DNA of 64,000 nucleotides from Squalus acanthias. Lineage: Eukaryota. The notes beneath the pieces are model-generated. The model was not told where the DNA came from. It saw only the letters and a program-made list of their open reading frames with translations, and searched no databases. Each line of letters starts with the position of its first letter. Within the stretch, counting starts at the first letter, position 1. Of this stretch, positions 49,852 to 62,099 are shown piece by piece. The translations under genes were made by a program, and so were the position numbers. The stretch covers positions 126,544,001 to 126,608,000 of the forward strand of contig CM059431.1 in NCBI GenBank assembly GCA_030390025.1, written 5' to 3'.

Positions 49852-51961
49852 ATGGGTGCCACTTATGCTCTTTCACTTTAACCTCAGAATCGGACCAAGA
49901 TGAGCCCCAGCACCAACAACACCAGCAACACCAGCAGCAGCAACAACCACAACAGCAGCCTTCTCCTCAATGACCTCAGGAGAGAGGGGGGCACCACAGG
50001 GCTGGTGCACACCGGAAGCGATACCCCCAACACAGGGTATACAGGCAGAGAATGAGCTTCTCGAACTTGACTGAGCAACAGTGCCAAAGGAGGCTCAGGC
50101 AATCACGCCAGGTCGTCGCAGACATTCGTAGCTTGCTGCCCAGAGGACCTGGTAGACATGCCTTACCAGTGGCTGTCAAAGTCACCACTGCCCTCAACTG
50201 CTGTGCCTCAGACTCCTTCCAGGGATCTGCAGCAGAAATTTGTGGGATCTTGCAGTCGTCCGCCCACAGATGCATCACCCAGGTGACCGATGCCATGTTT
50301 GACAAGTCAGCTTTGCCACTGATGAAGCCTGTGTTACTGAGTGGGCACTCGGTTTTGAGGCTCTGGCTGGCTTCCCACGGGTGCAGGGCATCATCGACTG
50401 TATACATGTGGCCATCAAGGCACCCCCATCACCCAGGAGTGTGAACCGCTCCCACTCCTGCTTCCACTCCCTCAATGTGCAGCTCGTCTGCAACCATAAA
50501 AAGATCATCATGCATGTTTGTGCCAGATTCCCTGGCAGCTGTCATGACGCTTTCATGCTGTGCCAGTCCACCCTCCCTCAGCTCCTCGCAACTCCAAACA
50601 GACTTACTGACGGCTGCTTGGAGGTAAGGGCTATCCAGTGAAGACATGGGGGGAAAAATTCAGTTGGTTGCACCCCCCGTTAGCGCCTTAAGAGGGTGCT
50701 AATGGGGCGCAAAGCATCTAGCGCCAGGGCGCAAAGCATCTAGCGCCCGGGCGCGGCGAAGTTTGCGCCGCTCGCGAAATTAACTAGACATTTTGCGGCG
50801 GCGCTAAATACTACCGCCACGATCTCCTGCGCCGGCAGATCGTGACGTCAGTCGAGTGCGCAACGCCCCGGTATCACCCCGGAGCGGATATTGAGTGGCG
50901 CCCCCTGCCTTACCGCCTGACGCTAGCAACGACAGGTTGAGGGGAGCGTTCTCCAGTCATGAAGGGAAAGGGGGAGCGCTATTTAAAGGTGACCGCTTCC
51001 TGCCTTTTATTGTTGGTGCCATTTTTGAACTACGCATTCTGAGAGAGAGAGAGAGAGACTTCTGGAGAGATTCAACGTTGTGTGAAGGAGTTTTGGGTAC
51101 TGAGCAGCACTTTGCAGGTTCATTTTGATTTGCCATTCCTTGTATCGATTTAGCAGAGACTTTGGGGGCTGCACTCTGAGCTCTTTGCCTGGTACTCTCC
51201 ATTGTTCTTTCCAGCACATTTGATGTGCAGGTCTCTCCAGGCCGAGATTCAAGGCTGCAATGAGCAGGATGTGGATGGAAAGCAAGATTAACCATCCCCT
51301 TTAAGAACTGGCCCGTGCCATTGTGTGTGTGTTCCATTGCTGACTGACCTTACATGAGCTTCGCCAGCGCTCTGAGGTAGCGCCTCGCTCCTCGGCCTTT
51401 GCGCCTTAAGACAGGTGTGAAGCGCCTGATTTAGCGCTCCAATCACCTCCAGGGGCGATAAAAGTCAAGTTTGCAGTCGGTGGCGATAATTAGCACCAGG
51501 CACTAATCTTTGCGCCCGGCCGATAATTGCGCCCCAAATGGGGCGATACTGAATTTCTCCCCCATGGCTCCTGACACCCTTGAGGAAGCCAAGTAATGAG
51601 GCTGAGGAGCTTTATAATGAGAGCCACATGTCCACCAGATGTGTCACAGAGCAAGCAATAGGCATGCTGAAGATGCGCTCCAGCTGCCTTGACAGGTCTG
51701 GAGGAGCACTTCAGAACGCAGCAGCCAGGGTCTCCAGAATGATCGTCGTATGCTGCACGCTGCACAACATAGCGCAGCAGCGAGGATAGGAGCTGCAGGA
51801 GGGGAAAGGCACAGAGTGCACAGCCTCTTCTGAGGAGGAGGAGGATCAGGTGGAAGACAAGGAGGAGGAGGAGGAACGTGAGGTGGAGATGGGAACAGCC
51901 AGTGGCACACATTGCTGCCCGGGAGGCCAGGGATGGCCTCATCTTGGCCAGATTTACTTAA
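49852..51961 (+). pseudogene. HARBI1-like transposase interrupted by a MITE
   Basis: Q-rich N-terminus, [53 protein letters not shown], ending LILARFT*. Confidence 0.88.
50649..51563. mobile_element. Harbinger MITE, inverted copy of 20291-21185
   Basis: TIRs GGGGGAAAAATTCAG / CTGAATTTCTCCCCC; exact TSD ATG (50646-48, 51564-66). Confidence 0.92.
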
Positions 51962-52275
51962 GTTACTCAAATGCACCCATATGGCTGCCACATGCTGTAC
52001 TAAGTACCCCTCCCCAACAACACCATAAAGCATTCCTACAATGACCAAGCCATTCCTGTCACACAAACCCCCATTGCTCGAGGTTAATGTCTCACCATTC
52101 ACTCCAAGTGACAAAGCCACTTCCCAGGTAGCAGGCAATAATGAACAAGACCAGAAAGTGATGCAAATAAATACATTTATCTGTGTCATAAAAATAACTG
52201 AATCTTAACAGTAACAGTTGTTCATACACCCATGTGCAAATCCTTGTGCATCTAGGATTGTGTCTTTTTTCTTTT

Positions 52276-54120
52276 TCAAGTGCTTCTACTAGGTGCAACC
52301 CCTGTGGCTTCAGCAGAGGTAGAGTAAGGCTGCTTACTTCCCTGCTGCAGCTGGTTAGACTCTTTTGTCGGACGTCCTCTGGGTTTTGGAGCCTGTGATG
52401 CCAAAGTCTGCTCCTCCTGCAACTGTGCAGGGGCAGACTCGGCCATCGGGATCCGAGGAACTATGTGGGGCTCTGACTGTGGGGGAGACAACAGAGGAGA
52501 AGTGGGAGCGTTTTGAGAAGAGCCTCCACTTCCATGTCCCCTCTCACCATCATCTCTCTCATGGGCCACCCACACTTCCCTGCTAGCAAGGAGCTGGAGA
52601 GCAACTTGCTGCACAGCAGTGGGGCAATGAATGCCCAGGTCTAGGTTTATATCCCTCCTAGAGATGAGGTCTAGGAGCGCCTGCCATCTGTTGTCCACAG
52701 CAAGCATGTGCTCATGTGACTGGCGCATTTGCTGCTCCTTGCAGGTGGCCATCCTTTCCATGGAAGAGCACATTGTCGCCCTCGCTTGCAAGATGGTGCT
52801 GCTCATGTTGGAGATGGACTCCTCCATTCTCTGTACATTTGCAGACATTGTGGCTGCAAAAGCTGCCAGAGCCTCATGCAATTGTTGCTGCCCCTCCAAG
52901 GTCACCCTCTTTCTCGATGGCCTCCGAGAATCAGTGTCTTGATGCACCTCAGCAGATCTTGGAGCATCCTGCGCCCGCCGGCAAGGAGTCTCCACTGCTG
53001 TCCCTCTCAACACCATCTGCTCATGCTCACTTGTGATGTTTGAGACACCAGGTGATAACACTACTCTATCTCGCACAGGACTCAACAAGGTGTGCGTATC
53101 TGCACTGGTGCTGGGTGCGCTTGGATCTGCTGACGCTGAAACCTCAGAGGCTGGAGCTTCCTCTGAGGAGTCGTCTTCCTCCTCCGGCTGGACAATGCGG
53201 GAGGGGGGGTTTTGATGGATCTGTGGGAGAGTAAAGAGATGAATTAGAAGTGTTATATTGAGAATGGGTTACATTACCATTATGCTCGTGATGAACATTC
53301 ACTGGCTGCTGACATCAGTCACCATTTGAGTGACTTCTGTATGCCATGTGCCTGTATGAGATGTAATTCTGTCACCAGGTTGCTGGGATGTCCTCCTCTC
53401 TCCGTCTCCCACTGCCAGCAGCTCTGCAACTCGAGAGATCTCCAGGGCCTCCTCCTCTGCTGGAGTCAATTGAGTGAATACTGGAGGGCCACCCCCAGTT
53501 CTTTCACTCTCCCTATTGTTGTGGGCTCTCTTCTCCTGCAAGGAGGGAAAAAAGAGAACTTTGAGTGAGAGTGATGGAATGGGTGTAAGGAATGGATGGG
53601 TTACATCTGTAGAGGGTGACTATGAGGGAGTGGTGTGACATTGCCGAATGGTCTACTTCTGTGGTATTACTTGCTATGATTGCATTAAGATGAGGGTGAG
53701 TGTCTGTGGTGAATAGTCAGATGGGGATGTGAGTATGTACATAGACAGAGAGGGATGGGTGGACATACAAGGTAAGGTTGGTGTGAGGAATGATGTGCAG
53801 GAGTAGGCTTGGGAAGGCAGAGTGATGGGGATGTGGTGACAGGCACATCAGGATGAAGGTGAGTGTGGCATTGCACTCACCTTTCCTGACCTCATGAGAT
53901 CATTGAATCTTTCCCGGCACTGGATCCAGGTCCTTCTGACAACATCCCTGCTGCTGACCTCCTCTGCAATCTCCAACCATGCTCTTTTGGTATCTTTGGG
54001 TGATCTTTAACACCTATCAGCAGGGAAGAGGACCTCCCTGCATGCTCTCACTGCCTGCACCAGAACATCGAGGGATGAATCGCTAAATCTTGGTGCGGCC
54101 CTCTGCCTTTGTGTATCCAT
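52276..54120 (-). pseudogene. Harbinger Myb/SANT-like protein, 3 exons
   Basis: Exon 1 54120-53881 (MDTQRQRAAPRFSDSSL...RTWIQCRERFNDL, one internal stop). Exon 2 53535-53376 (EKRAHNNRESERTGGGPP). Exon 3 from 53220. Confidence 0.8.
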
Positions 54121-54424
54121 GAGTGACACTTTTATCAGCTTTGTAATAGTAGCCAGACCTCTGGAAATGACCTTGCACACTCCTTCATCAACCTTCCATG
54201 AGATGTGTGCAAGGCTGCTTTAAATACCGGCGCTGGAAACGGGTCATCGATGACATCATCAGACCCGCTCCATTTAATTGGGCCAGGAAACGTGCATGAG
54301 TCTTTCAATTGGGGCCATTAAGTAAAAGTCACACTGAACAGCGCGCTGCTCACAACATCGCGTTCCCGACCCGCTACGTGCCCTGCATGCACAAAACCCG
54401 ACTTCAAGGTAAAGATTCCGGCCT

Positions 54425-55300
54425 GAATGAGTTGTGTCACGTGCTGCAGAGTGATCTGCAGAACACAGGCATAGCACTGCCAATGGCTGTGAAGGTTACA
54501 AGAGCTCAACTTCTATGCCTCTGGATCGTTCCGAGGTGCCACTGGCAACATCATCCACATTAGTCAATCCACAGTATATTGGTTGTGCAGTGGAGCACGT
54601 AAGGCTTGATGGGTGCAATCTATAACTTCCTGGACCTTAGGAAATCCTGTCATTCAGTAAAATTACAGAACCAGTGATGGATGCCTTGTTTGTTCAGGCA
54701 ACCAGTTCCATCTTCTTCTCCATGGACAACTGTGAGCAGTATGACAAAGGCTTTACAATCTTATCAAAGATGCGGTGAGTTATAGATTGCATTCTTACAT
54801 GCCCCATGGCATAATGCTACTTGCCTACAGAGGTCTGAAAGATTTCACTCCTTAAATGTTTAGCTCATTTGCAACTATCAGCATCAAATTATGCATGTCA
54901 ACAGCTACTTCAAGGCAGCTGTCACAATGCCTTCATTTTAAGGCAGTCCAAGCTCCCACCGATATTTGATCCACAAACACAATCAAACTACTCCCTGGAG
55001 TCATGGCTAATGACACTTCTGCAGTATTCCACGGCACCAGCTGAACACAAGTATCAGAAGGCGCATGTATCCACTTACATAATCATCAGGCACACCATTG
55101 GCCCATTGAAGCAGCACTTCAGATAGATTGATGGCATCCTGCGTACAGACAGGCTAAGGTTTCAAGGATTTCTGTTGTGTCCTTTACTCTGCACATCTTT
55201 TCTATGAAAAAAGGCATTATCATGGAGAGTCCCAATGAGGAAGGGACCAGGAAGAACCCAGTGCCAGCTGAAAAAACAGTCATCAAGTTCTGATACAGAA
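54425..55300 (+). pseudogene. Older, heavily decayed Harbinger transposase remnant
   Basis: ELCHVLQSDL..ALPMAVKVT, FHSLNV, GSCHNAFILRQS, WLMT, TIGPLKQHFR. Confidence 0.7.
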
Positions 55301-55306
55301 CATATT

Positions 55307-56029
55307 GGTCCTGAATTTCCGATCGGAGGCTTCCTGCGGGCGGATGCCTCCGATCGGAAAAAAATCTACGAACTTACCTGCTGGTTCCGTAGATACCGAG
55401 GTATGCAATCCTGGGTCTCTCCTCTTCGAAATCCACAGAGGCCCACATAACCCAAGGGCACATGCAGTTCGCAAGCGCCCCTGGGATCTCGTGGGCCAGG
55501 CAAACCAATGGAAGAAGGGAATCCCCCTTCATACTTTTGACAGTTCTGTACGCACAGAACTAACAGAAGTATGAATAGGGATGACTGCAAAAATGCACCA
55601 ACACACTGAAATAAATAAAGAAAAACCATTACATATATAAAATTAATTAAAATGCCACTTAATTAAATATTTTAAACAAAAATTTAATTTTTTGAAAAAT
55701 AAATGTAAATGTTTTAAAGGGGCTAAAAATAACCTTACCTTATTGCACAGGTTTTTTAATTTTTAAATGGTTGAAAAAAATTTATTTTTATGTTATTTTA
55801 AACTCTTATGCTTTTACCAGGCGTAAGAATTCTGGCCTTTCAGCGGGCGAAAGTTGTGCCAAAAGCGCAAATCTCCACCCGCAGAGGCACTTTTCCTGGG
55901 GACGCGTGCAATCTGTCAAGAAGATTCTTGACAGATCGCAAGTGCCGGGTTTTAGCGCATGCGCTTGCGCGGCCCCTATGGGTGCGTACACACCTCGTAC
56001 GCACCTGTAGGGGTCGCAAAATTTGTCCC
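55307..56029. mobile_element. MITE with AT-rich core
   Basis: Ends GGTCCTGAATTT / AAATTTGTCCC; architecture like 43936-44624. Confidence 0.5.
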
Positions 56030-57488
56030 AATATTTTAACATTGCAATGTGCTTACTGCACCTTCTCATGCACTCCACAAATATGCCTGCACCTATAGTG
56101 CCTTGTGCCTTCCAGGAAATTTACTAATCTCCCATTTCTGCCATTTTATAAAATATGCTTGCAAACCTTTGGAAGGAACATTCACTGAACACAAAACATT
56201 TATGCAACCAGATATTTAACGTCAAACCCATATCATGTGTGGAAGCCCCTAGTGTGTGTTTCCACAGTGCTTCCCTTTGTGACAATATGTGACTTATGTC
56301 CTATTAAATCTAATGCAATGCTTCAGCTAGGTGCTAACTTAGAGGCACGAGTACGTGAGATGGTTGGTTGTGTCCAAATCTTAGGATCAAGGTGGACCTT
56401 GCCTCCTGATACTGAGTTCTGAGATGGACCAGCTACAAGCTCCACCACTTCCACAACTGCATGGGTGGCCTGGCCCTGTACACTTTGTGAACTATGCAGC
56501 CATCTGAGAAGACTGGTGGAGATGTACAGATGCATTGCCATCCTGAGTGTCAGCATCAACATCTGTTAGCATTCCAGCCATGCCCTTGCTGCTGGTCCTT
56601 GCCTCATCATGGCTACTAATCAACATGAAAGCAGAACTAATGGCATCGATGAGATCAATGAAGTCTTACCTCATGGTTCTGCGAGCGTATACCCAACTCT
56701 GCAGAATCTGGAAGAGATAACCCATTCAATCCTAAAACCTCAGCCCCCTGTGGCAGTACTCTGTGTACTAATGGGAGAATTATCAAATAACCATATGGCC
56801 TCTGACATGGGACTTCTGCTGCAGATATTTCTGGAGTTGCCGCACGTTCCATGTTGGACTGCAGTGTTGTAAAGTTGTTTAGCAAGGCCGTATACATATA
56901 GCCAGTGGAGTCTGCCACCTGAGTCACCATCTGCAGCAGGCTGCTTCGCATGATCCTCAATGAATGCCATAATGTACAATGCCAAAAAATAATCCTTCTT
57001 CTGAAAGCAGGTCCCATAACGTCGAGATCCCGGAACATATCAGCTACAAGCTGACTCTCCGAACCACATTTTCCTACTCACTTGTGCTCAGCAGTACACT
57101 CCCATGTATGTTAGTAACTAAAACCCCTAGATGGATGTTTGGAAGGAATGAGTGATATTATGACGTGCTGGCGGACCTGGTGTCCCTGCAAGTGGGCTTG
57201 ACTTCCTCCGACACATCTAGAGAAAGAGAAGAGAGTGAGGCTTTATAATGGTGTCTTTATCAGAAGCCTTCACTTACCACTTCCAATGGAAGGAGTGACA
57301 TGGTCAAGTGCTTCAGTGTACAGTCTGTTGGCAGCAAGTTAATGATAGAATAGGATGAGAAGAAAGAGCAGAAGAAAGTATGAACCCTGACCTGGAGTCA
57401 GTTGTCTTACTTTCCCAGCTCCAACCCTCTCTCTGGCTATGCTCCGCAGGAGAGCTTCTTCCCATACAGCATTAGTGGATAAAGGCTA

Positions 57489-58045
57489 GGGGGGCAAAAT
57501 TCGGTTGCTTTCGCGAGAGGCTTTAGCAGCGCCACACCCGGGCGCAAAGCAACTACAGCCCGGGTGTGGCGCTGCTAAAGCCTCTCGCGAAATTCAGCAG
57601 AGGTTAGCGGCAGCGGTAACCGGTAGTGCCCTGCGGCGCTGCGCCTCCGGCGATGATGTCATCGCTGTGCGCAGCACCCCAGCTGCGAACTTCGGTAGCG
57701 CCCTCTGACTTACCGCCGGACGCTAGGTCCGACAGGGTCAGGGGGGCGTACGAGTGGCCGGGGCAGCGATATTTAAAGGGGAGGTGCCGGGCAGCCATTT
57801 TTGTTGCTGGCCGCCTGCCAGCACCTGCCCCCTTTGCCGTCCCTGGCCTCCAAGGCAGCCCTCTGCGCTCTTTTGACGGCATCCCTGGTGGCCCAGCTGG
57901 GCCCCGGGTCATGCTGCGCAATGTCCCTCCCCTTTGGGGCGCTACCAATGAATTTCAAGTGTGGGGGTGCTAAGTTTTTCGGAGCACTAAAAGGAGCACC
58001 CCGACGAAGTTAGCGCCCAAAAGGGGGCACGACCGAATTTTTGCC
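57489..58045. mobile_element. Harbinger MITE related to 15368-16112
   Basis: Collinear internal sequence (GCCATTTTTGTTGCTGG..GCCTGCCAGCACCTGCCCCCTTTGCCGTCCC); starts GGGGGCAAAATTC. Confidence 0.75.
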
Positions 58046-59113
58046 TGATTGACTCCTGCTCTGCCATTGGCCCAGAGCCTGCTCCCCTCCTCCAATCCAC
58101 ACACCCTTACCCCAACCCAGTCATTGGCCCAGAGTTGGCGCACCTCCTCCAATCCACACACCCTGCATCCCACCCTGCCATTGGCCGAGAGCCTGCTCGC
58201 CTCCTCCGATCCATACATACTGACTCCTACCCGGTCATTGGTCCAGAGTCTGCTCACCTCCTCCAATCCACACACACTGACTCCTACCCTGCCATTGACC
58301 CAGAAACTGCTCACCTCCTCCAATCCACACACACTGACTCATACCCGGCCATTGACCCAGAGCCTGCTCACCTCCTCCAATCCACACACACTGACTCATA
58401 CCCGGCCATTGGCCCAGAGCCGTCTCACCTCCTCCAATCCACACACACTGACTCCTACCCTGCTATTGGCCCAGAAACTGCTCACCTCCTCCAATCCACA
58501 CACACTGACTCCTACCCGTCTATTGGCCCAGAGCCTGCTCACCTCCTCCAATCCACACACACTGACTCATACCCGGCCATTGACCCAGAGCCTGCTCACC
58601 TCCTCCAATCCACACACTGACTCCTACCCGACCATTGACCCAGAGCCTGCTCACCTCCTCCAATCCACACACACTGACTCCTACCCGACCATTGGCCCAG
58701 AGCCTGCTCACATCCTCCAATCCACACACATTGAATCCTACACGGCCATTAGCCCGGAGCCATCTCACCTCCTCCAATCCACACGAACTGACTCCTACAC
58801 TGCCATTGGCCCAGAGCCATCTCACCTCCTCCAATCCACACACATTAAATCCTACACGGCCATTGGCCCAGAGCCTGCTCACCTCCACAGATCCACAGAC
58901 ACTGACTCATACCTGGCCATTGGCCCAGAGCCTCCTCACATCCTCCAATCCACACACGCTGACTAGATAGGCTGCAGCTAGAATAAAGCGTGCAGTTCTG
59001 GTCACCACATTACAGGAAGTGTGTGATTGCACTAGAGAAGGTGCAGAGGAGATTTACGAGGATGTTGCCTGGGCTGGGGAATTTTAGCTATGAGGAAAGA
59101 TTGGATAGGCTGT

Positions 59114-60170
59114 CCTCACTTTTCACCCCACCAGCCTCCACATTCAACAGATCATCCTCCGCCATTTCCACCACCTCCAGCGTGATCCCACCACCAAATG
59201 CATCTTCCTCTCACCTCCCCTTTCAGCATTCCGCAGGGACCGCTCCCTCCGCAACACCCTAGTCCACTCCTCTACCACCCCCAGCACCCATTCCCCTTCG
59301 CCCGGCACCTTCCCGTGCAAGCGCAGGAGATGCAACACCTGCCCTTATACCTCCCCCCTTCTCACTGTCCAGGGCCCCAAACACACCTTCCAGGTGAAAC
59401 AACAATTTACTTGTACTTCCTGCAATTTAGTATACTGTATTCGCTGCTCACGATGTGGTCTCCTCTACATTGGGGAGACCAAACACAGATTGGGTGAACG
59501 CTTTGCGGAACACCTCCGTTCAGTCCGTAAGGGGGACCCCGAGCTCCCGGTGGCCTGTCACTTTAATTCACCGCTCCATTCCCACTCAGACCTCACCGTC
59601 CTCGGCCTCTTGCATTGTTCCACGGAAGCTCGAGGAACAGCACCTCATCTTTCGATTAGGAACTCTACAGCCCTCTGGACTCAACATAGAGTTCAACAAT
59701 TTCAGATCATAACCCCGGCCCCCATCACATATATGTATATTTTTATTTCATTTTTTTATCCACACTTTTGTGTGGCATTTTTTTCTTCCCTCCCAGAAGC
59801 TGGCAGCTGACCTTCATTCTGCCAGCGCATTTCACACTTCATCTAGAGCCATCCTTTGTTCCTGTCCCATTTCCACCTCCTCTTGCCTTGAATATCTCTT
59901 AATGTCTCTCAATGTCTCTTAATCTCTCCTGCTTTCTATCCTATCACTGACCTTCCCTTTTGTTCTTTCATCCCCTCCCCCTTTTCCCAGCCCTAAACCT
60001 GCTTTAAAATCTATTTAATTTCCTGCTTTTTTCCAGTTCTGACAAAAGGTCTTCCACCTGAAACGTTAACTCTGTTTCTCTCTCCACGGATGCTGCCTCG
60101 CCTGCTGAGTTTTTCCAGCGTTTTCTGTTGTTATTTCGGATTTCCAGCATCTGCAGTATTTTGCTATCGT
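59114..60170 (+). mobile_element. Penelope-like element 3' part (GIY-YIG endonuclease)
   Basis: CKRRRCNTCP...FTCTSCNLVYCIRCSRCGLLYIGETKHRLGERFAEH...P.GLN; flanked by the 14-bp direct repeat ATTGGATAGGCTGT (59100-59113, 60171-60184). Confidence 0.9.
60035..60071 (+). ncRNA. Degenerate minimal hammerhead ribozyme motif of the Penelope element
   Basis: AGTT-CTGACAA-A-AGGT(cttcc)ACCT-GAAA-CGTT-AACT; the CUGAnGA core carries a G>A change. Confidence 0.55.
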
Positions 60171-60930
60171 ATTGGATAGGCTGTGGTTGTGTTCTTTGGA
60201 ACAGAGGAGGTTGTGGGGAGACCTAATTGAGGTGTATAAAATTATGAGGGGCCTAGATAGAGTGGATAGGAAGGACCTATTTCCCTTAGCAGAGGGGTCA
60301 ATAATCAGGGGCATAGATTTAAAGTAATTGGTCGGAAGTTTATAGGGGATTTGAGGAGAATTTTTTTCACCCAGAGGGTGGTGGGGGTCTGGAACTCACT
60401 GCCTGAAAGGGTGGTAGAGGCAGAGACCCTCATCATATTTAAAAAGTACTTGGATATGCACTTGAAGTGCCATAACCTACAAGGCTATGGACCAAGTGCT
60501 GGAAAGTGGATAGTGAAAGGGTGGATAGCTCTTTGTCTGGCCGGCACGGACAAGATGGACTGAATGGCCTCCTTCTGTGCTGTAAATTTCTATGATTCTA
60601 TGACTCCTACGCTGCCATGGGCCTGCTCACCTCCTCCAATCCAGACACATGGACTCCTACCCGGTCCTGGCTCAGATCGTATTCACCTCCTCCAATCCAA
60701 ACACCCTGCCATAGCTACAGAGCCTGCTCACCTGCTCCAATCCACACATACTGACTCCGACTCGACTATTGGCCCAGAGCTTGTCGCCTCCTCCTCCATC
60801 CACACACAGCACTCCTACCTTGCCATTGACCCAGAGTCTGCTCTCCTCCTCCAGTCCACACACAGTGACTCCTACTCTGCCATTGGCCCAGAGCCTGATC
60901 ACCTCCTCCAATCCACACACAGTGACTCCT

Positions 60931-61490
60931 AATAAAAGATGGGATAAAGACAGTAGAGAGAAAGGATCTTAGCTCTGAAAATCAAGAAGTAGAATCAGTT
61001 TGGGTGCAGCTAAGAAACAGCAAGAGGCAGAAAACATTGGTTAAAGTTGTTTATAGGCCCCCAAACAGTAGTTGTAAAGTAGAGCAGAGTATAAATCAGG
61101 AAATTAGAGACGCATGTAACAAAGGTAATACAATAATCATGGGGGACTTTAAGTTACATATAGACTAGGCAAACCAAATTAGCAGTAATAGTGTGGAGGA
61201 CGAATTCATGGAATGTATGCAAGATAGTTTTCTAGATCAGTATGTTGAGGAACCAACTAGGGAACAGGCTATTTTAGATCTAGTATTGTGCAACGAGAAA
61301 GGGTTAATTAATAACTTTGTAGTAAAGGGGCCTTTAGGGAAGAGTGACCATAATATGATGGAATTTTATATTGAGTTTGAAAGTGACTTAGTTAAATCCA
61401 AAACTAGGGTCTTAAATCTAAACAAAGCAAACTACGTAGGTATGAGGGGCGAGTTGGCTATGGTAGATTGGGAAACGACATTAAAAGGTA
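60931..61490 (+). mobile_element. CR1 ORF2 endonuclease fragment
   Basis: VYRPP, MGDF, EPTREQAILDLVLCN, LGKSDHNM. Confidence 0.85.
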
Positions 61491-62099
61491 TGGCCCAGAG
61501 CATGTTCACCTCCTCCAATCCACACATACCGACTCCTACCATGCCATTGGCACAGAGCTTGCTCAGCTCCTCCAATCCACACACACTGACTCCTACCCTG
61601 CCATTGGCCCAGAGCTTGCTCAGCTCCTCCAATCCACACACACCAACTCCTACCCTGCCATTGGCCCAGAGCTTGCTCACCTCCTCCAATCCACACACAC
61701 TGACTCCAACCCTGCCATTGGCACAGAGCCTATTCACCTCCTGCAATCAAGGCATACTGTCTCCTACCCTGCCATTGGCCCAGAGCTTGCTCACATCCTC
61801 CAATCCACACACACTGACTCCCACCCTGCCATTGGCCCAGACTCTGCTCACCTCCTGCAATCCACGCATACTGAATCCTACCCTGCCATTGGCCCAGAGC
61901 CTGCTCACCTTCTGTAATCCACACACACTGATGGCACTGTGTAAGAGCAGACAGCCAATCAGATGAAACTCTCCCCCTGCCCCACCCCCTGTGACACTGT
62001 GTCCCTCGCTCTTTGCTGGCTCGCACTCTGGTCATTGGGCCCAGCCCCGTGAATTTGACTACGCGGGTGTTTACAAATCGCCGCACACCTGCGCCTTAG

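Larger units (their letters stand above)
49302..54424. mobile_element. Full-length PIF/Harbinger transposon (decayed), element H3, carrying a nested MITE
   Basis: TIRs TGGCTGGAATTTT / AAGATTCCGGCCT; transposase on +, 3-exon Myb on -. Confidence 0.85.
58969..60603 (+). mobile_element. CR1 3' fragment interrupted by a Penelope element
   Basis: QFWSPHYRK..ALEKVQRRFTRM (58990) resumes at 60171 with LEQRRL.GDL...FFTQRVV; CTATGATT tail. Confidence 0.88.
58048..61931. repeat. 57-bp minisatellite in three blocks (58048-58963, 60601-60930, 61491-61931)
   Basis: Unit CTGACTCCTACCCTGCCATTGGCCCAGAGCCTGCTCACCTCCTCCAATCCACACACA; blocks are separated by LINE insertions. Confidence 0.92.

Noticed and set aside
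58049..58966. 305-aa mucin-like CDS or a CRISPR array
   Set aside because: It is a pure tandem repeat with no unique spacers, open in several frames on both strands, with a frameshifting indel and LINE interruptions.
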